Of a stretch of 64,000 bases of DNA, positions 12,180 to 25,450 are shown in pieces. The position numbers and the translations under genes were made by a program. Every line of letters starts with the position of its first letter. Positions within the stretch are counted from its first letter, which is position 1. The stretch lies in the NCBI RefSeq assembly GCF_006345805.1, contig NC_042997.1, forward strand, positions 117,180,001 to 117,244,000, in the 5' to 3' direction. Source of the stretch: Octopus sinensis (Eukaryota). The notes under the pieces were generated by a model that was not told where the DNA came from, searched no databases, and was given only the letters and a program-made list of their open reading frames with translations.

Positions 12180-14450
12180 CATTTAACACTGTAACTTTTC
12201 TTAACTAAACAACCATGACAGACGAGAACAGATGCATTTCTTTCGGTTCTGCGTCCTATTTATTACGTTACTCAAATCTTCGAGGATTAGTCTACAGAGA
12301 TTGCACCTATTGTCATATTTAACTGTTTTACTATCAGTCCTATTCTTTTTATTTTGTTATTGTCTCTTGCTTGATTCCAAATACATACTCCTCTAAGTCA
12401 ATGTTAATATTAATATAATAGTTGTTGAGCCATCACGTTACTTTATTTCACTATCACTCTGCTGTTTTTCTGACAACATAATCATGCGTGACTTTTTGCA
12501 TGAAGCATAAACCCTTTTATCTGATGTTCTGCTGCGTTAGTGCTGTGAAAATTTCTTGGGAGTATATCGCTGGTCATCACCCAGGGAATAATTTGCGGAG
12601 ATCCCCTTTCCTACTTTCAACATGCTATTTTATTCATGTAAGTCTATTTGATCAATGAATGCACTTCGATGATTCGTTGTTAATTAATGCTTTCGAAGTG
12701 ATAAGATGTAACAAGAATCAATGTTAATATTCTGCCACCTGATCTGTACGCTTATACAGTGGCGGTCAAAATTGATATGGGCATTTCTAGTTGTACTTGA
12801 AAGTTTACAGGTTTTAACATCAATGGCCTGGATTTCATTCAGTGTCAATTCGATTAACACAGCTGTTCTTTGAGTACTGGCACAACAAACACTTTGTTGG
12901 TCACTAATTTTATTGAAAGAAAGGAAAGTTCTTTATATTTGGACATTATATTTCATAGTTATGTGTTCCTTGCTACAAATGTCATCATAAAATATGTTTT
13001 CATCCATCTTCAGGTTTTTTACGTATTCTGCGTCAGATTATGTAAATACAGTCAGATCATTGATGGAGATATTGCTAGACCGGGTTGTAGTTTTGCAATC
13101 GTTTTATAACAAGGAGGGACATTGATTTTAGCTATAGGTTTGGGGACACTCACAACCTAATTCTTTGACATATAATTGCAGTTCATACGAAACGAAGATA
13201 TGTCATATCTACCCAGTGGCCAATCATTTTTTTCTTTTTTCAAGAAAAAATTGGTGTCTCACTCAGAGAATAAGTAATATCACAGAGTTAATGTCTCCTG
13301 TGATATATTATTGATAAAAAACAATAAAATAACAATGATATTGTTACTATCAAAATGATCTTGGAGGAAAAATTTCGGACCTTTTATACATTAGTTCTCC
13401 GCTATGCAATCGGCTTTCTGTTTCTTATGTATGACTCGCCACTACCAACGCCAGTCAGTTTAGTATATATTATATTCATTAGAAAGCCTGCTGGCCATGA
13501 GAACACCGGCGTTTGATATGTTACTTTTTTGTACCAGTAACCGATAATCACCTCTGTAGTGCTTTCATGTCATGAAGTTTCCTTTCACAGGATACTTTGT
13601 GCTTTTCATGTAATATAAGGACCACACTTCTATCGGATTTCATACAACCACACTCCTCTTGATATGGCTTGTATTGCGTATTGAGTGCCTTTTCTTTTTT
13701 AGTTTCCCCACAATTCTCTGTGGACTGCTAACTGTAGGAATAAGTTTTTACATCCAAATATTTATTCTTTCATTCTCCAAAACCTTTTTTTTATTTTTTC
13801 AATTAATTTTTGTTAGTATTAATAGTAGTTACGTGCTTCTTTGCAGGTATTAAACATCTCTTCCGGGGATTAACCATTTCAGTAATTTTGCTTTGAAGGT
13901 GAGGCGCTTTCCAAATCCATGAGGAATGCTTTGTTTTGCCTCTCTTTCCTTCATTACTACCTTTTGGATATTCCTTAACAGTTTGTTAAGAAGTCATATA
14001 AATGTTGATAAATTGCAAAAATTGTCACTGTAAACCCAATGGGCCCCTTATCAATATTATTCAAATGTCGTCTGCCTTCAAGCGGGAAGATTGAACACAA
14101 AATATTCCTTCTTTGAAACATCTCACCAAGAAAACATTTTAATTTATTATATTCTTTGCTTCTTATATAATACAGTTATGATCGTGGCTGCTGTTTATAA
14201 TCAATGGCAGCTAAATGTGGGCGTTCGACCTCACTATAACGCAACATATTGTTGCTATACTTGTTGTAGGCATATGAGTTTAAGGAGTTTATGTAGCTTT
14301 TTGTGGGTGGGGAGGCACTGTTATTGCATTTCTATATGTAATTCCAATCATCAACCTTCATTTTATGTTCTGCAAATGTTCTTTGCTGGCGGAAATAGTT
14401 TGTTGTTGAATAATTTGATTCTGAGTGAAGTACGACCTAGTATATAATCA
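12180..14450 (-). mobile_element. Heavily decayed RLE-type (R4/Dong-like) non-LTR retrotransposon, RT region
   Basis: Minus-strand motifs occur in the expected order: IIGYWYKKVT (about 13520-13550), a NY..I.C..-like segment (about 12950), KEQL..I...LNE (about 12850), an IF.GD-like segment (about 12575) and IVKQ...IG (about 12310-12340). Many stops and frameshifts. Confidence 0.55.
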
Positions 14451-14784
14451 GCCTGTTCACATAAAAAGAAAAACTAAACGATTTTTGTGTCATGTTATAG
14501 CAATTATGTTGACGATATTGAGTTTATAACTTCAAGAAAATGTACTTTATAGTTTGGATATCTCCTACTACCATTAAAATATTCAGTTTGTCTTTTCCGG
14601 TGTTATGTTTTATTTTAGTTCTTCCTTCTCTTCGATAATGTCGAATACAGGCATCTTCTGGCGATTCATAGCACTGCGAACTATATATTCACACAATTAT
14701 GACTATGTTCTTGAATGAAATGTTTCTCTAATGAACATTAATTAAAATTTAATGAACGTTAATTAATATATTGGTTTCAAATTA

Positions 14785-14955
14785 TTGTACAAGGCCAGCG
14801 ATTTTGAGGAAGGGGTTAAGTCGACCCCAGTACTTAACTGGTACTTACTTTATTGACCTCAAAACGAGGAAAGGCTGAATGTTAACCCACAACGTAAAGA
14901 GGGCCAAAACGCCGCTAAGCATTTTACACGGCATGCTAACGATTCTATCAGCTGG
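14785..14955 (-). mobile_element. SINE family B, decayed
   Basis: gtcgaccccagtacttaactggtactt..attgacc..aaagg..ccgctaagcatttt..catgctaacgattct matches the 55.7 kb copies. Confidence 0.75.
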
Positions 14956-15846
14956 GGGCCATATATAATTATAATACTGACTAGTTATTTTAATAAAGCT
15001 GGTAATTTTCTAGTATTAAAGTTAGAGATGCATTTCATTTTAATTCACTGAATATTCTGCTACGGTAAGCATGCGTATATTCAAGGCGAGAGCTAATGTA
15101 ATGCTTGTATTTATATGTATGCATGTGTGTTTGTGAATGCGCGTGTGTATGATAATATTTATGTATGTTTAATGTTGTGTAAGATAGACTACCTATAATT
15201 AACCTTATCTCTGATGTGGCCTATATAGCATGTCCAATTTATTTTCTCAATGTTTTAATATCCGATTTTGTAATATTTCTCTATTGATAGAAAATACTTC
15301 AGATATTTTACGTAGCCGTGGGAAACAATTTCATTGCTAACAAGATCTCTGCTGAATACATACATACATACATACATATCTGAAACTACGTATATGCATA
15401 ATAATAGTATTTTCAAAGATATCAACAAGAAAATATGTTTCAAAACATTTGGCAGCATATTTGTCGATTTATTAGATGGCGTGTATATACTTATTCATGG
15501 CAATATAAACATCTAAGAATTAGGATCAATTAATCCGTTCATATACTCTTGTATTTAAACCGTTTCATTAGCTGATTATTGACATTTACATCAAATCTGT
15601 GGGAAGTATCCAAGTGTTTTCCGTTTTTAAATTATTAGAATATTTTTCTGATATGAGACTAATTCTGAGACATATCATGACAAATCGAAAACATATAGGT
15701 GATAACAGTATGAACAGCTTGTGTATTTATGCACGTGTGTGTGTCTCTGCAAAACAATTTTCATTGAAAAGCATCATGGTAAACAACATGCTTAGTTTAT
15801 TAGACTAGAATATAGATATATTTCCCTAGTTGCCAAGACATGAAAT

Positions 15847-16077
15847 CTTTTATTCTTTTATTTACTTGTTGCAGTCATTTAACTGTGGCCATGCTGGAGC
15901 ACCGCCTTTAGCTGAAGAAGTCAAACCCACGACTTATTCTTTGTAAGTCTAGTAATTATTCTATCTGTCTTTTTAACTGAACCGCTAAGTTACAGGGACG
16001 TAAGCACATCAACATCGGTTGTCAAGGGATGGTGGGGAACAAACACAGATACAAGCATATACACACACAGACACACA

Positions 16078-16110
<33 letters not shown>

Positions 16111-16302
16111 GCGCATATATATATATATGTGTGTATGTGTGTGTACGACGAGCTTCTTTCAGTTTCTGTCTACCAAATCCACTCACAAGGCTTTGGTTGG
16201 CCCGAGGCTATAGCAAAAGACACTAGCCCAAGGTTCCACGCAGTGTGGCTGAACCCGGAACAATGTGGTTGGGAAGCAAGCTTCTTACCACACAGCCGCG
16301 TC
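15847..16302 (-). mobile_element. SINE family A, full length
   Basis: Collinear with 10472-10896, with an expanded internal (CA)n. Confidence 0.92.
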
Positions 16303-16762
16303 TATTCAACAAAAACAAAAGGACCGCGCTCAATCGAAGTGGGAATCTTCTCTTTATAATACCTTTAATGCTTGGCCTTGTTTATTACGGATATCGTAAG
16401 AGTTGATAACCTCCTCTAAAAACGAAAACACCAATCTATAAAACAGTAACACAACGGTAAGAAAGCTTATATAGCAAAACATTTACTAATATGCATATTT
16501 ATGTGTGGTGGGATGTATATATGGGGATATGTGTATATGTATATAATATTCAACACAGCGTGATGTGAATCAGAACTGAAATAAATTTATATAGTGCAAA
16601 GTTTTAATATTTTGACAGAAAATATATATATAACACATTCCTTCTTTTCTTTAGCTAAGCAAAACAAATGGAGGAGTCTCTTGACGAACCGAATTACGAT
16701 TTATTTATCACTCCTCAGAGATGACGCACCCGATTTCTTTCCCAGAAGTTCTTATAAAACTG

Positions 16763-16764
<2 letters not shown>

Positions 16765-16798
<34 letters not shown>

Positions 16799-16853
16799 GA
16801 AGTCGTGTATATATATATGAATTTTCGCATGTAATAATTCATTTTTTTTCATC

Positions 16854-16918
<65 letters not shown>
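16765..16918. repeat. (TA)n tracts
   Basis: Directly visible. Confidence 0.93.
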
Positions 16919-16924
<6 letters not shown>

Positions 16925-17881
16925 TCTCATTAATATAACTCATTATTTTATCTCGAATCATCTCTTTTCTTTCTTGTAAATCTACTCTTCTATCTGTCTC
17001 TTTTGTGTTTCTAATCTAAAATTGTTTCATATAATAATTAAGTGAACGTCTGAGTAATAAATTATCGTTTCTTTCATTAATTAATGTTTTTCTTTTGTCT
17101 TAGCAATCAATATCTTCAGACATAAAAAATCTAATGTTCACTTCTTTAAAAGATCGACGAGTCAATCGTACATTCAATGGCAAACATCTTCATTTAACGC
17201 TCACAGATTCTGCGAAATACGTTTAGCCTAATAGCATTTTCTTAGGTTTCATTTAGTTTTTTTTTATTATTACATCAAAGATGTTGATGTAGTGACTGAA
17301 GGGGTCTTAACTACGTCCACTTCACAGACCAGCAATAGACGTCTTTGTATTCGCCCAATCTTCTGGAAAGACTGGTTAAATATCACACATGCACACACAC
17401 AAATTTCGTATCGACTACAACCTTACAGAAAACATATATGATCTTGTGGCAAACATTGCTGTTATAATTATTATTTTTATTTAGCCCCACGTCACTCTCG
17501 GTTGAGCAGGTCACATTATCGTCTAATATTTCAGCCATGACAATCCTGTACTTTGGGGCGTATGTTAAATGCTACTTTATCCAATACAACTTTCTTTAAC
17601 CGAGAAAATATGATGTAACTTGAAACAGTTATTTTTAGTAAGTCGATTGCCCACTTACAAGTTCCCTCGTTGTTATTATTATTATTCAACATTTTGTAGT
17701 TTCATCAGATTTCTACTACATCACCTATTACACCTGCTGGGGTGTGTGCAGCATTGTTTGTTCTTTGTTTGTTGTTGGGGGAGTGCAAACACTTCCCAGT
17801 ATTGTATTGCATCAGTTTGTTTTTGTTATGGGGTCTGATTGCAGTCTTTTGTGGTATTAGTGTTTTGTATTGTGTGTTGTG

Positions 17882-18395
17882 TTATTATTATTATTGAGCG
17901 AGAGAGCAGTGCATACCATCAAAGTGACACTGGGGTAAAATATACGAAGTCAAGTATACCCATTATGACTACCCGTCTGATAATGGTACACCAGGCACAT
18001 GCATCACAACCGTATGTGGGCGACATGGTGATCTCATATCAAACTAAATAGCGCATGACCTTGCAGGTGGGACCCAGTTAGAATTTTCTTCAGGTCGAGT
18101 GGCCCATCCTGCTCAAAAAGGTTGTTTAAGGATGTTGAAGGAAACACTCATGTTTCTCGAGGTGAATTATTCAAACCCCAAAGAATTCTTCTCAAAACAT
18201 GACTATGATGTTCCCCTACTACAGAGATGCACATATCGTCAGCCACTAAGGAACATCCTCAACTGGTTATGATCAGGCAACTGACAAGCAAATCTGTGGT
18301 ATTGAGCAGAATATTTGCTGTAGCCCATCTTTTATACCAAGACAAAACAATGTACATGATAACACTTCCAATCAGTTAAGATCAGAAGCCATGAG
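17882..18395 (-). mobile_element. About 500-bp retroposon unit with an (AAT)n tail (LINE 3' UTR or non-autonomous element), copy 1
   Basis: Aligns by eye with 31376-31875 (gagcgagagagcagtgca..catcaaagtgacactgg..cttttataccaagacaaaacaatgtacatgataacacttccaatcagttaagatcagaagccatgag). Ends in (ATT)n on the plus strand. Confidence 0.85.
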
Positions 18396-18637
18396 CTGCA
18401 CCCAACAATGCTGTCGTCTGGATCACTTCGAGCCTGACAGCAGCTCCAATATTCTTAATATGTTTTTTAAAGCCCTTGGAAACTACTCCTAATGCTCCAG
18501 TTGCCACCGGTATCACCATTACTTTCCTTATGCCCCATAACTTTCCTATTTCGTCCCGCAGTAGCTGGTATTTCTCATTTTTTTCTGTTTCTTTACATTT
18601 CACCCTCAAATCGCCTTTACTTTTATTCTGCATGTTT
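18396..18637 (-). mobile_element. R4/Dong-like LINE, short 5'-truncated RLE C-terminal fragment
   Basis: ORF 18382..18705: EKYQLLRDEIGKLWGIRKVMVIPVATGALGVVSKGF..IQTTALLG, the typical C-terminus of RLE-type ORFs. Confidence 0.85.
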
Positions 18638-19885
18638 ACTACTACGACTACTCTAGTGCACGCTAATTTAGTTAGCAGGTATTTTATCTTGAGGTTTGTC
18701 GACAAGTCTCTTCGAATCTCAAAAGAATCTTCCTTAAGATTCTTGCAGAATATAGGATGATACTTTTCTGCAGGTTGCCAATACGAATTTTAGTCCCAAG
18801 TCTTTAAGGTAGCATCTTTGGTGTTGTAGCATGTGCAACAATTACTACAGGAGTAATTTTTATCTTTGTCTTCCTCAATCTCCTCAACTCTCTGACTAGA
18901 TTCTGATATTTCTCAATTTGCTCAATTTCTTTTGGTATCGACTCTGGTAAAGAATTGCAAAGTCTATGATATTACACAGTGTGTTTATTTTGTCCTCTAT
19001 TATTATATCTGGTCTTCTTGTCTCAATGTTATGCTCAATCTTTATGTGGAAATCCCACCAGATCTTGTAATTCGCATTTTCTATCACCGTCTCTGATTCG
19101 TGTTCATACCACGTTTCTATTGTTTTGAAGCCACACACTCGGTTAACATCCTAATACTTTCTTTTGCCTATACAGTCATGTCTGCGCTTATACTCCTTTA
19201 TGCTAGCATACTGCACTCACTCAAAAGATGGTTCATACTTTCGTCTCCTTTCCTGCAGATTCTAGATTTATTGTCTGAATGAGTTTTCTCGATCTTTTCT
19301 TTTATCAGATTTGTTCCAACAGATTGTTTATGAGCGGCTGTAATTAGTGTTTCTACTTCCCGTTTCAAGTTCCCATCCGTCAACCGTCAACCAGAGCCAG
19401 CGATCTTTACTTAGACCATTCTCGGTTTGTTGCACGAATTGGCCATGTAATCCCATTCCTTTCTATTTGTTTGTTCTATTGTTCTTTCTTTTCTCTTTGA
19501 ATTCTCTTACTATTTCCGTTACCTTTTCGGTATCTCTGGCTGCCGAAACTCTACACGACATAATGTTTCAGACACAGTATCGCAATAATAACAGTGTCTT
19601 CAGTGTTTAGTAATCCTTTGCCACCTTCCTTTCTTGGTAAGTAGCATTGGTCAGCATTGCTTTTTAGGAGTGGTACATTGTGCATGGTGAGAAGTTTTCT
19701 AGTTCTATCTAAGTACTGTAGCTCGACTTTTGTCCATTTCAGGAAGCAGATGATCCCAGTTCGGGCATAGCCCACGTATTTAGGGCTTGAATGATGCCCT
19801 TTCTATTTAATTTTGTTTCGAGTCCCTTCCTAATTCTCCTCTTGTACTCTTTAATGATTTTCTCATTTTCCTTCCACTATCCTAT
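18638..19885 (-). mobile_element. R4/Dong-like LINE 3' portion (RT C-terminus, CCHC knuckle, restriction-like endonuclease), inactivated
   Basis: KEYKRRIRKGLETKLN..ALNTWA (manual), YLPRKEGGKGLL, RICRKGDESMNHLLSEC, WWDFHIK..RRPDIIIEDK..IIDFAI, KYQNLVRELRRL..QKSIILYSARILRKIL (manual), then a short 3' UTR and a (GTA)n tail. Frameshifted. Confidence 0.9.
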
Positions 19886-19904
19886 GGTCTTACAACACAC
19901 AATT

Positions 19905-19985
19905 CTTGTTGTTGTTGTTGTTGTTGCTGCTGCTGCTGCAGCTGTTGTTGTTGTTGTTGCTGATAATGATGATAATGATGACCCT
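19905..19985. repeat. (GTT)n/(GCT)n/(GAT)n trinucleotide repeat
   Basis: Directly visible, at the 5' flank of the LINE. Confidence 0.9.
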
Positions 19986-21244
19986 GTTGCGGCTGTTATT
20001 ATTTCAAAGCTAGAATACAGTAGTTGTTAATTTAAAATTGTCGACTACAAACTAGCAGTTAACAACAGCAGGCCATCAGAACTGCAGCAATCAAACAAAT
20101 TTGTAATTCGTCCGTTAATGGTTTGAACAACAAGCTAAGATTTACCGTTTGTAATTAAACTCTAATAACGTGCATCAATTATGAGAGCTGAAACTTCAAA
20201 ACAGGTCTATTTCATCCCAATAATCTAATTTAGAACATTACCTGTACTGAGTGAGCAAATTTATCGATCTAGTGAATCAAACCTTATGCCTCGTCAAATT
20301 TTGTACAATAAATCCCTTAAGTATAATACATTCCTGTCTACTAAACATTCTTAAAATGAGAAACGGCTGCAAATTGTTCCCATATTCTCAGTGCGTTGAA
20401 AATGTGCAATATTTCCTTTTCAAAATTTCGGAATGCAAATAAAAACTATCATACTACGATGATCGAAGACTCATCTCCTGATGCCGCCGTGTCATATCTA
20501 TTTCAATTAAAACGTATTTCATGAATGCTCCTATCAGTAAACAGATATTTTACACGCTAACAAAGTCTTCTTTGATCTACAACTACCATGATAGTTAACA
20601 CTACAGATTCTATACATGATATAAGAATTATACTCAATATATTACATCGTCTCATTTAAAGGCTGAGAATTCTGTCTAGATCAAACGTCTCTCCATGATA
20701 TTTTATATAGGAGACACTTCATTCACATTGTTGTAATGGTGCAGCAATAGCCAAAATTTAGCTCCTCGACAAGAGACGTTAACAATAATATGATATATGA
20801 TATTAAGTCAGATTTAGCAAACTATGAACATGCAGTGTATATTGCAGCATATATTGTTTAAATTTTTGTTTTGTTATTCGATGTTATAATTTTTATTTAG
20901 ACTTTTTCACATTCAAACCTGAGATACTTGATGATGATACGGAAGGTTTTCTGACATTCTAATAGATTCTGAAGAATTTGCAAAATCTCTGTCTAGCTCC
21001 CGCAGTTTCTGCGTGGAATAAAATATCTCCAATGTTATTTTGCCTATGTTCTATACAATAATTATCATAGCATTATCTTTTTTTATATTTCATGGCGGCG
21101 GGTAAGCAAAAATCTTTACAGTAACTTGCAATATACCTTGTTGTATTTAGTTTCGGTACGAGAAAAATATACCTGTTTCTATCTTATGAAATGATACTTC
21201 CTTGGTAAAACCAATGTAGCTGTACCCCTTCTACTCTTGGCAAG

Positions 21245-21430
21245 AGAATCTTCTGCAGATCCTCGCACTAGCTCAGATAACACCATCGTTTCTGAAAAAA
21301 CCTACAACGAAGTCATGTCGCTCGATTTGCTACAAATAGCAGTAAAATCCCTTCTAATCACAATGCATTCTAAAATACAGTCCTACATATACGGGATGAT
21401 CGTGTATGGAATGTCTGCGTGATCAGAGCT
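21245..21430 (+). mobile_element. Interspersed repeat family C
   Basis: gtcatgtcgctcgatttgctacaaatagcagtaaaatcccttctaatcac motif shared with 22010-22070. Confidence 0.55.
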
Positions 21431-21499
21431 TTCGGAGGTAAAACTTCAATAAAACACCGAAATTCTTTGAATGATGCCATCCCACCAGGTAAGCGATAA

Positions 21500-21670
21500 G
21501 GCCAACGTTTCTCCTGAACAGAACCCCAGTTCATCACAGGGTTGCTCGTTTACAGCTGAGTGGACTGGAGTAATATGAAATGAAGTGTCTTGCTCGAGAC
21601 AACTCGAAGCCAGTTTGGGAATTGAAACCACGATCTCACGACCGTGAGTGTTAACCATTTGGCCACACAC
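21500..21670 (-). mobile_element. SINE family D, 5' part
   Basis: tttacagctgagtggactggag..gaaatgaagtgtcttgctc..ggaattgaaaccacgatc is the reverse complement of the head of 35750-36040. Confidence 0.7.
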
Positions 21671-21959
21671 TTTTACATATAGAATATAAGATTGCAAATA
21701 TTACATTTCAAACGCCTGCTCTCCACTGCCTGTTTGTGACAGCAAAACATCATTTATCAAGTAATACTGAAATTTTATAAAATATAGTTGTGGTCCGCAT
21801 TACAATAGAATCTCTCATATTGAACAGTACTACTGCTATTTCAGTTGGCAGCCAAACATTTGGAAATGTAGGGTTTACTTATTAGTAAGCTCCTGTTGAG
21901 CTTTTTCTCGTTACTTCAATTGTTCTTATTCTCTTGAACTAACTAGATTTGTGCCACTC

Positions 21960-22130
21960 TACGGACTTGTCACTCCCATTCCACTAGATGTCACTAAAGG
22001 AGCGTCTACGTGACAACTAGACCTGCTAGATGTATCACTCAAATACTCCTCAAATCACACTATACTACTTTAAAAAAATTGAAATATGACAGGGTGTTCA
22101 TATCTAGAAAGTCTTTCATTAAAAACCTTC
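21960..22130 (+). mobile_element. Interspersed repeat family C
   Basis: acctgctagatgtatcactcaaatactcctcaaatcacactatactactttaaaaaa motif. Confidence 0.5.
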
Positions 22131-22964
22131 TTGTTGAAGTGGACCAGAGGAGAAAGAACAAGGACAAACTTAAAGGATAGTGTCTATGAGCTTCTTAACC
22201 ATTTAGTGAACTCTACACCTGATAACTTCTTTTCTAAATCGTAGGCAACTCTCTGGAAACTTAAGTTGGCAACTTGTGTTGACTATACCAATAGCAATGA
22301 CGTAAATAGCATATGAAAACCTGCAAAACTTACATCTTCCTTTCTTTGAACTATGTTGAACTATATTATTTTAAAAGAAAACTATCGTTCTGACATCTTC
22401 TGTGTTTCAACTCGTTTCAGTTCATCACACGTCTACCTTAATAACATATAGTACATCATATACTAGTGGAACAATTCATAAAAAGCGCTGAAAACACTAA
22501 AACGTAAATACATTAGGCTTTTTACAAAATGTATCGTTTATTTTAGATTTTCACCTTCCTTTTAATGTAAACACTCGTTTTTTCAAGACGCATATTTCTG
22601 GCACGAAGCGATTACGAAAAACAAGATCTTAGGAGTAGGGTATCTAAACTTAAATAAATATTAGATTTTTGTATTTTTTCTCCCACACATTTACTGTTAC
22701 TAATTTCATAGCTTACTTAATGAAATGTATTGATTTATAGATTGGCACAAGATCACATTTTCGAGAAAGGAATAGCCAATTAAATACACAGATTACTATA
22801 TTTGTTTATGTAATTATATATATATGACATACTCAGCTCAAGCACTTTGCAGAAACTCATTGCTTTACCGAGTAATGCTGTTTTCTGGTTTTCTGCTTGT
22901 GCTCTTATTTCATTTTCATCCCTATCTTTTCCAATCACTTTTCAGCACCATTGTTTAATTTCTC

Positions 22965-23164
22965 TAGGGGCCAAAAAATTATTGGCTAGTAATCACATGG
23001 GATGGAGGCAACTCCAGTATTCAACCGGCACTAATTTTAGCGACCTCAAAAGGATGAAAGAAAATGTCGACATCGGCGGAATTTGAACGCAGAATATAAA
23101 GTCGGAAGAAATTCCACTAAACATTTTGTCCGGTACGGTAACGATTTGGCCATCTCACCGCCTT
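22965..23164 (-). mobile_element. SINE family B
   Basis: cgacctcaaaaggatgaaag..gtcgacatcggcggaatttgaacgcagaa..ctcaccgcctt. Confidence 0.85.
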
Positions 23165-23177
23165 ACCCTGTACCCAT

Positions 23178-23376
23178 GAGAGCTGGCAGAATCCTTAGCA
23201 CACTGGAGAAAATGCTTCGTAGCATTTCGTCCGTCTTTACGTTCTGACCTCAAATTCCGCCGAGGTCGACCTTTTCTTTCATCCTTTAGTAATAGATAGA
23301 CGAAGACCCAATTGAGCCCCGGGGTCGATGGTAAATTTCAGACCTTGTTTCTATATTAGAAAGGATTATTATTATT
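23178..23376 (+). mobile_element. SINE family B
   Basis: gagctggcagaatccttagca..gttctgacctcaaattccgccgaggtcgac..ttcatccttt; (ATT)n tail. Confidence 0.85.
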
Positions 23377-24626
23377 TGATGTTGTTATATGTTCTTTAAG
23401 GAAACACTTCCTTACACTGAGTAATTTTGTGAAAACTTTCTTATTGGCCCTAACTGTTAGTTGGAATTTAGAAAGCTGTGGAATCTAATAATCACGGAAA
23501 CACCTTAATTTCATTCAGTGAATAACTCAAATTTTGATAGTCCATTACTTGAAGAGTCATACGAGTATCATAATTTATGTCGATGATGATGACGACCACG
23601 ACGACGACGATTATGATGGTGGTGGTAGTGAGAGGGGGAAGATGGTGCTACATTTCACATCATCATTATTATCATGGACAGTAACAGGAGTAGCAGTAAC
23701 TCTCTTGAGTGAACACTATATTATGTAAAAACATCAAATAAGGTAAAGAGAACCATTATCACTACTGCTACTACTACTACTAGTTCTACTACTACTAATA
23801 TTACTACTAGAACTGCCTAAAATACTTTATTTCACGAAAGGTAAAGCTAGTCCGACTGACATTTGAACTCGGAGCATAAAAAGCATTTCGTTCGACTGTT
23901 TACTAATTCTGTAACTACACACACACACCACACACACACACACACACACACGGTTTTTACGCTATTTAATATCCTGTTTTTCAATGCGTTCCTTTCATAT
24001 ACAAACATCCAATTATCTTAAATGAACAGTATTTGTAGGAAAACTGTTACAGGAAGACTATTGCAGAAACCTATGAATGGACGAAAAATCTGCAGGGGAT
24101 TCCAGCGGATATCTTTTGAAAATATATCGTTTTTATCTTATGAAATATTGTTGCTTTTAAAATGTTCATATTTCTTTTGTTTTTGTTTTTTAAATTGTTG
24201 TACTACAAACAAATAGGATGTATACTATACAATGGAAATAACTATCGGCTCCCGACATACAATATTTACTGGACGTGCTCGTTAAATTCATTGCAGTAAT
24301 TTCTATAATTATATGCATAACGCTATGGTTATTTTCCATATTTATGTGTTCTTTGATATGAAGAATATTTCACTTTGAACTGGGAGATTATTGAGAAGCG
24401 GGTAGTTATGATATGGTCTCGATATCGATGATGAAATCATCTTTTACTTTTTAAAGTTTGTTCCATGTGATATAGGTTATATAATACAAGGCGCCAACTA
24501 ATCTGTAATATATCAAAACTATATATATATATATATGTACGTATATGTATATATGTATGTATGGATGGACGAACACATGGCTATCTAGATGGATGGATAT
24601 TATATATATATATATATAATTATATA

Positions 24627-24847
24627 TACGAAGGGGTGCTGAAAAGATCCTGGCTTTGGGAATAAGAAAATACCAGAGGATTAGTTAATTGCGATTTTAT
24701 TGAACACATTCCCTTCTCAGGTTCATACACTTATTGCAGCGGTCCTTCAGTTTTTCTAAGCCTTGTAAAAGAACTCGGAAGGTTGGGCCTCCAACCAGGA
24801 ATTTCGCAACACCCTTAAAGGCAAGAATATTTCAGCATCCCCTCGTA
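24627..24847. mobile_element. Mariner/Tc1-like MITE, copy 1
   Basis: Imperfect terminal inverted repeats tacgaaggggtgctgaaaagatcctggct / ggcaagaatatttcagcatcccctcgta, TA at both ends, about 220 bp; three more copies in the window. Confidence 0.8.
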
Positions 24848-24904
24848 TATGTCTGTGTACGCATTGTTTCAAGTCTGTGTTTATATACAAATACGCACAC
24901 GCAG

Positions 24905-25006
24905 AGATGCATGCATACATACATACATACATACATAATACATACATACATACATACTACATACATACATACATACATACATACTACATACATACATATA
25001 TATCTA

Positions 25007-25054
<48 letters not shown>

Positions 25055-25057
25055 ATT
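24905..25057. repeat. (TACA)n/(TA)n microsatellite
   Basis: Directly visible. Confidence 0.95.
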
Positions 25058-25314
25058 ATGGCGCCAACTGTTTGGTGTGTTATCAAGAAACGAGATTATG
25101 AGAATTGATCCGCATAAAGAATGTAACTGCTATAAACTTATTGCTTGCGATATTATTCCAATTTATCGATTTTAGAATTATGAATTCAATAGCACGACTA
25201 ACTTTTAGAACATCACATAATACCTTACAATACTAAATGGTTAATATGTTTACTACATTAATCAGGACCACCATTTATTTCTGCGATAAATGAAGAATAG
25301 AATTAGTTGTTATT

Positions 25315-25450
25315 ATTAGCAGAATCTTTAGAGAGTCGGAAAAAATATCCTGTGGTATTTCTTCCGGCTCTTTATGTTTTGAGCTCTTATCTCGCCGAGG
25401 TCAACTTTACTTTTAATCTTTTCAATGTCGATAATTTAAAGTACCAATCA
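25315..25450 (+). mobile_element. SINE family B, decayed
   Basis: gcagaatctttagagagtcgg..ctcgccgaggtcaactttac..gtcgataatttaaagtacc. Confidence 0.65.

Noticed and set aside
12230-12320. CNLCRLILED reading (minus strand) resembling the Penelope C-terminal zinc motif
   Set aside because: The same bases fit better as the 'VKQFSxDIGMxFGxDKC' region of the collinear R4-like RT fossil.
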